The notes beneath the pieces are model-generated. The model was not told the origin of the DNA. It did no database searches and saw nothing but the letters and a program-made list of their open reading frames with translations. A program made the translations under genes and the position numbers. A stretch of 64,000 nt of DNA, from contig OZ316896.1 of NCBI GenBank assembly GCA_973895155.1, positions 8,639,539 to 8,703,538 of the forward strand. Direction: 5' to 3'. Of this stretch, positions 61,266 to 64,000 are shown piece by piece; positions within the stretch are counted from its first letter, which is position 1; the number at the start of each line of letters is the position of its first letter. Source of the DNA: Marsupella aquatica (Eukaryota > Plantae > Marchantiophyta).

Positions 61266-63494
61266 ATGGCTGGGAAGCCGGTTCCAGTGCAAGTTCTGTA
61301 TTGTCCAGGTAGCTTCTCTCTCCTCAACGTCGATCGTGTGGATATGGTGGAGATTGTTTTTTGAGCTCGCAGTCTCGATGATCTGACTTGCGATACAAAC
61401 GTTTTTGAGAAATTGGGTTCATCGTTGGCACATGCTGTATTCCTACCCGTCTCAAGGCGGGGTAAGGCACGGCAGGGCGGTCGCAGAAATTTACATTGTT
61501 CCGAAGGCTCTGCAGGAGAATTGCTGGAAAAAGAGGGATGAGTTTTGACCTAACCCTTAACCCTAACCCTAATTATGGGGCAGCCTTATCAACCTACTCT
61601 GTAGAAACTGGAGAGAGCAGAACTGGAACTTTCGCGCATAGTCTGTTGTTGATCTGGTCTGTCTGCTAATGCTCGCGGTTTTGTTGGATGCTCCAGTGTG
61701 TAGCTTGCCAGCAGAATACTGCCAATATGGTCCGGACTTCGAGAAGTGCAAGCCATGGCTCATAAAAAATGCTCCGGATCTATACCCCGAGCTTGTCAAA
61801 GGTACCAATTTTAGAGGAAATGAAGTAACAGGGAATTCTTCGTCGTTGGGACCATGCCTGAGTTTTACTTGGCTCCGACCTTCACGTCATTCTCTTTAAT
61901 GTTCTCTTCTGTTTTGACATACAGCGGAAGCTGACAAGGTAGCTGAGAAGCTGGAAGGCTTGGAAGTCTCCCCAGGAACCAAGAGCTCAGGTTTGTTTCT
62001 TAATAATATACTCCAACTTCGTTTTCTTTTGGTGAGTCTTATGATACGTTGGATTTCCTGCTGGACTAGCTGTGAATTCTTAGTTAGGGATCTGCCTTAA
62101 CAGGAAGTAAACGCAAGACGTAATGTTTTGTAGGAAGCACATCAGAGTCTAAACCCGAGGAAGTCAAGAAATTGCCAGGTGGTAAAGTGAAGAAAAAGGT
62201 TCGCTTCGCTGACTGTCCTGATGCACACTCAATCAAGGTTTCTTTGATACTTTAGGCTCCATTTCATTTGTGTGAATTTTTATTGTATTGTCGTATCTTT
62301 AGCTGCATCACATTAAAATTATAGCAGATATTCAGGCAAACATCTGTGCACGCACTCATATTGATCTGTATCGTATTTTATGTAAGGTAAAGGCTAGGAT
62401 TGTTTATGGAAGTTTACATTGATGCGTAAATTCATGCAGGACAAGCCAGAAGTAGTGGTGGAGAAAGTGGTTCGGAATAAGAAGAAATGTCTCACGATAA
62501 TCAAAGGGCTTGATATGTTCGGTTCGTGTTCAGGAAGCTGTTCATATTGTTTGTCTGGCACAATTTATATGGCAACTTACTTCGGGGCTTAGATGTCGGC
62601 AATTCTCTTTCGTAAACATACATGTTACTGTTATCAGAGCGGTATTCCGAGTTCTCAATAAATTCAAACTGAACTTGCTGCAGGGAAAAAGGAATGTTTT
62701 AGCTGATGAAGGGAGGTCTTGTGTTGCAGGTGTCAAGTTGAGTGACGCATCAAAGAAACTAGGAAAGAAGTTTGCTTCTGGGGCATCTGTTGTGAAGGTT
62801 AGAATCTGGCTCATGTTTTTTGAGATTTCGATTTCATAATAATTCTGTAAAACTATAGCTCTTAAGTACAGACCTCCATAGCTGAATAGGTGGTTTCATC
62901 TGCAGATATTCCGGTTTTCGAGACTGTTTCCACGCCGTCCACTTACACTAGAAATATCTGTCATACCAGTTTGTGTATGGGAGACTCCGTGAAGTGCAGC
63001 TTTTGAAGTCATCGTGGTTGCCGTTTTTCTTGTAGGGCCCAACCGAAAAAGAGCAAATAGATGTACAAGGAGACATCACATATGACATTGTTGACTTCAT
63101 AACAGAGACATGGCCAAATGTAAGTTTCTTGAAGTTAATTTGAAATCTCAATTGCATGTGTTATCGAACAGAAAAATAAGTTAATTTGCTGCCTTTCTTG
63201 AGGTCATCACGGTAGGATATGGCCGGTATGAATTTGCCCAGCTCTTTCAAGAGAATTTGAAGAGATGTGGCGGGTTTGTGTATTGGTTTCCTAGGTACCG
63301 AGCTGACGAAGTGAAACACGAACTCTTTTAAGTATCAAATATAGAGAGATCGATTTTCCGTCCTGCTTTTGCCCCTAACGTGTATAATCTGGCCAGACAG
63401 TACAGTAATATATTCGGTTGTCTGATGTTTTTAGGTACCAGAGTCGGCTATCTATTTTATTGAGGATGGAAGGAAAGTCCCTGCACTTGGCTAG
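61266..63494 (+). CDS. DENR: DENR/TMA22 translation machinery-associated protein 22 (SUI1 domain), 190 aa. Exons 61266-61308, 61697-61801, 61925-61990, 62134-62198, 62440-62521, 62730-62797, 63036-63119, 63435-63494
   Basis: All seven introns are GT-AG with consistent phases. Spliced protein: [36 protein letters not shown]...EEVKKLPGGKVKKKDKPEVVVEKVVRNKKKCLTIIKGLDMFGVKLSDASKKLGKKFASGASVVKGPTEKEQIDVQGD...WPNVPESAIYFIEDGRKVPALG*. This matches plant TMA22/DENR (N-terminal Zn-binding CxxC plus SUI1). Confidence 0.96.
61549..61572 (+). promoter_or_regulatory. Telo-box / interstitial telomeric repeats in DENR intron 1
   Basis: CCTAACCCTTAACCCTAACCCTAA. Telo-boxes are an established feature of plant translation-machinery genes. 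Confidence 0.6.
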
Positions 63495-64000
63495 CTGGTT
63501 AAATATACCCAACAATTTTTGTGCCCAAGGTGCCACGGAAACATGATGGTCTCAGGATATCGACTGTGACTCACAGTAAGCTTCTGAAATAAACCTTCAC
63601 TGCACCTTCTGAAGAGTCCACGGGCGCACAGGCCTGGCAACTTCGACACGAAAATCCTTAGTGCAGCGGGCCAAGGGTGCTGAGAGAGTTGATAGGTGTA
63701 GTTTCTCCTTGGTGCTGTATCAAAATAGGCGCTTGGGAGTGAACTGGTTATGCAATGCCCAGGGATGTTCGCATAAAATGAGGTCTATGTGCTACAAAAG
63801 AACTGGTTATGCAATACCCAGGGAGGTTGGCATGAAAAGAGGTTTATCTGCTACAGAAAGGGTTCCACCTCTGAACCATAGCACTGATTACCTTCTGCCA
63901 TTACAGTTGATGTTTCTTGTTTGATGTAAAGTTAGAGCACTGAACGGAGTCGACCCTTGACGAGTTGAAGTTATTAAAATACTTCCATTGAAGTGGTGTC

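Overview
Eukaryotic land-plant nuclear DNA. A liverwort-like bryophyte is plausible but only inferred, from TTAGGG-type telo-boxes and CpG-rich intergenic DNA. There are two clear host genes: an intronless DREB/group III AP2/ERF transcription factor (41345-42859, +) and an 8-exon DENR/TMA22 translation reinitiation factor (61266-63494, +). Most other interpretable sequence is transposable elements. Two full-length Bianca-type Ty1/copia LTR retrotransposons (3325-10467 and 49573-56072, both minus) have identical ultra-short LTRs (108 and 115 bp), 5-bp TSDs, a half-tRNA-Ile primer site and long motif-rich leaders, and their gag-pol frames are broken only by C-to-T nonsense codons. A complete 6.8-kb PIF/Harbinger DNA transposon (20099-26877; 16-bp TIRs, AAT TSD) carries the usual DDE transposase and Myb/SANT-like genes plus three extra ORFs, one resembling the zinc-ribbon OB-fold of RPA1. 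There are also several MITE families (Tourist-, hAT-, Tc1/pogo-, Mutator-like and foldback). The five-gene Harbinger is the best candidate for an undescribed system. All protein-family calls are by eye from motifs; no searches were run.
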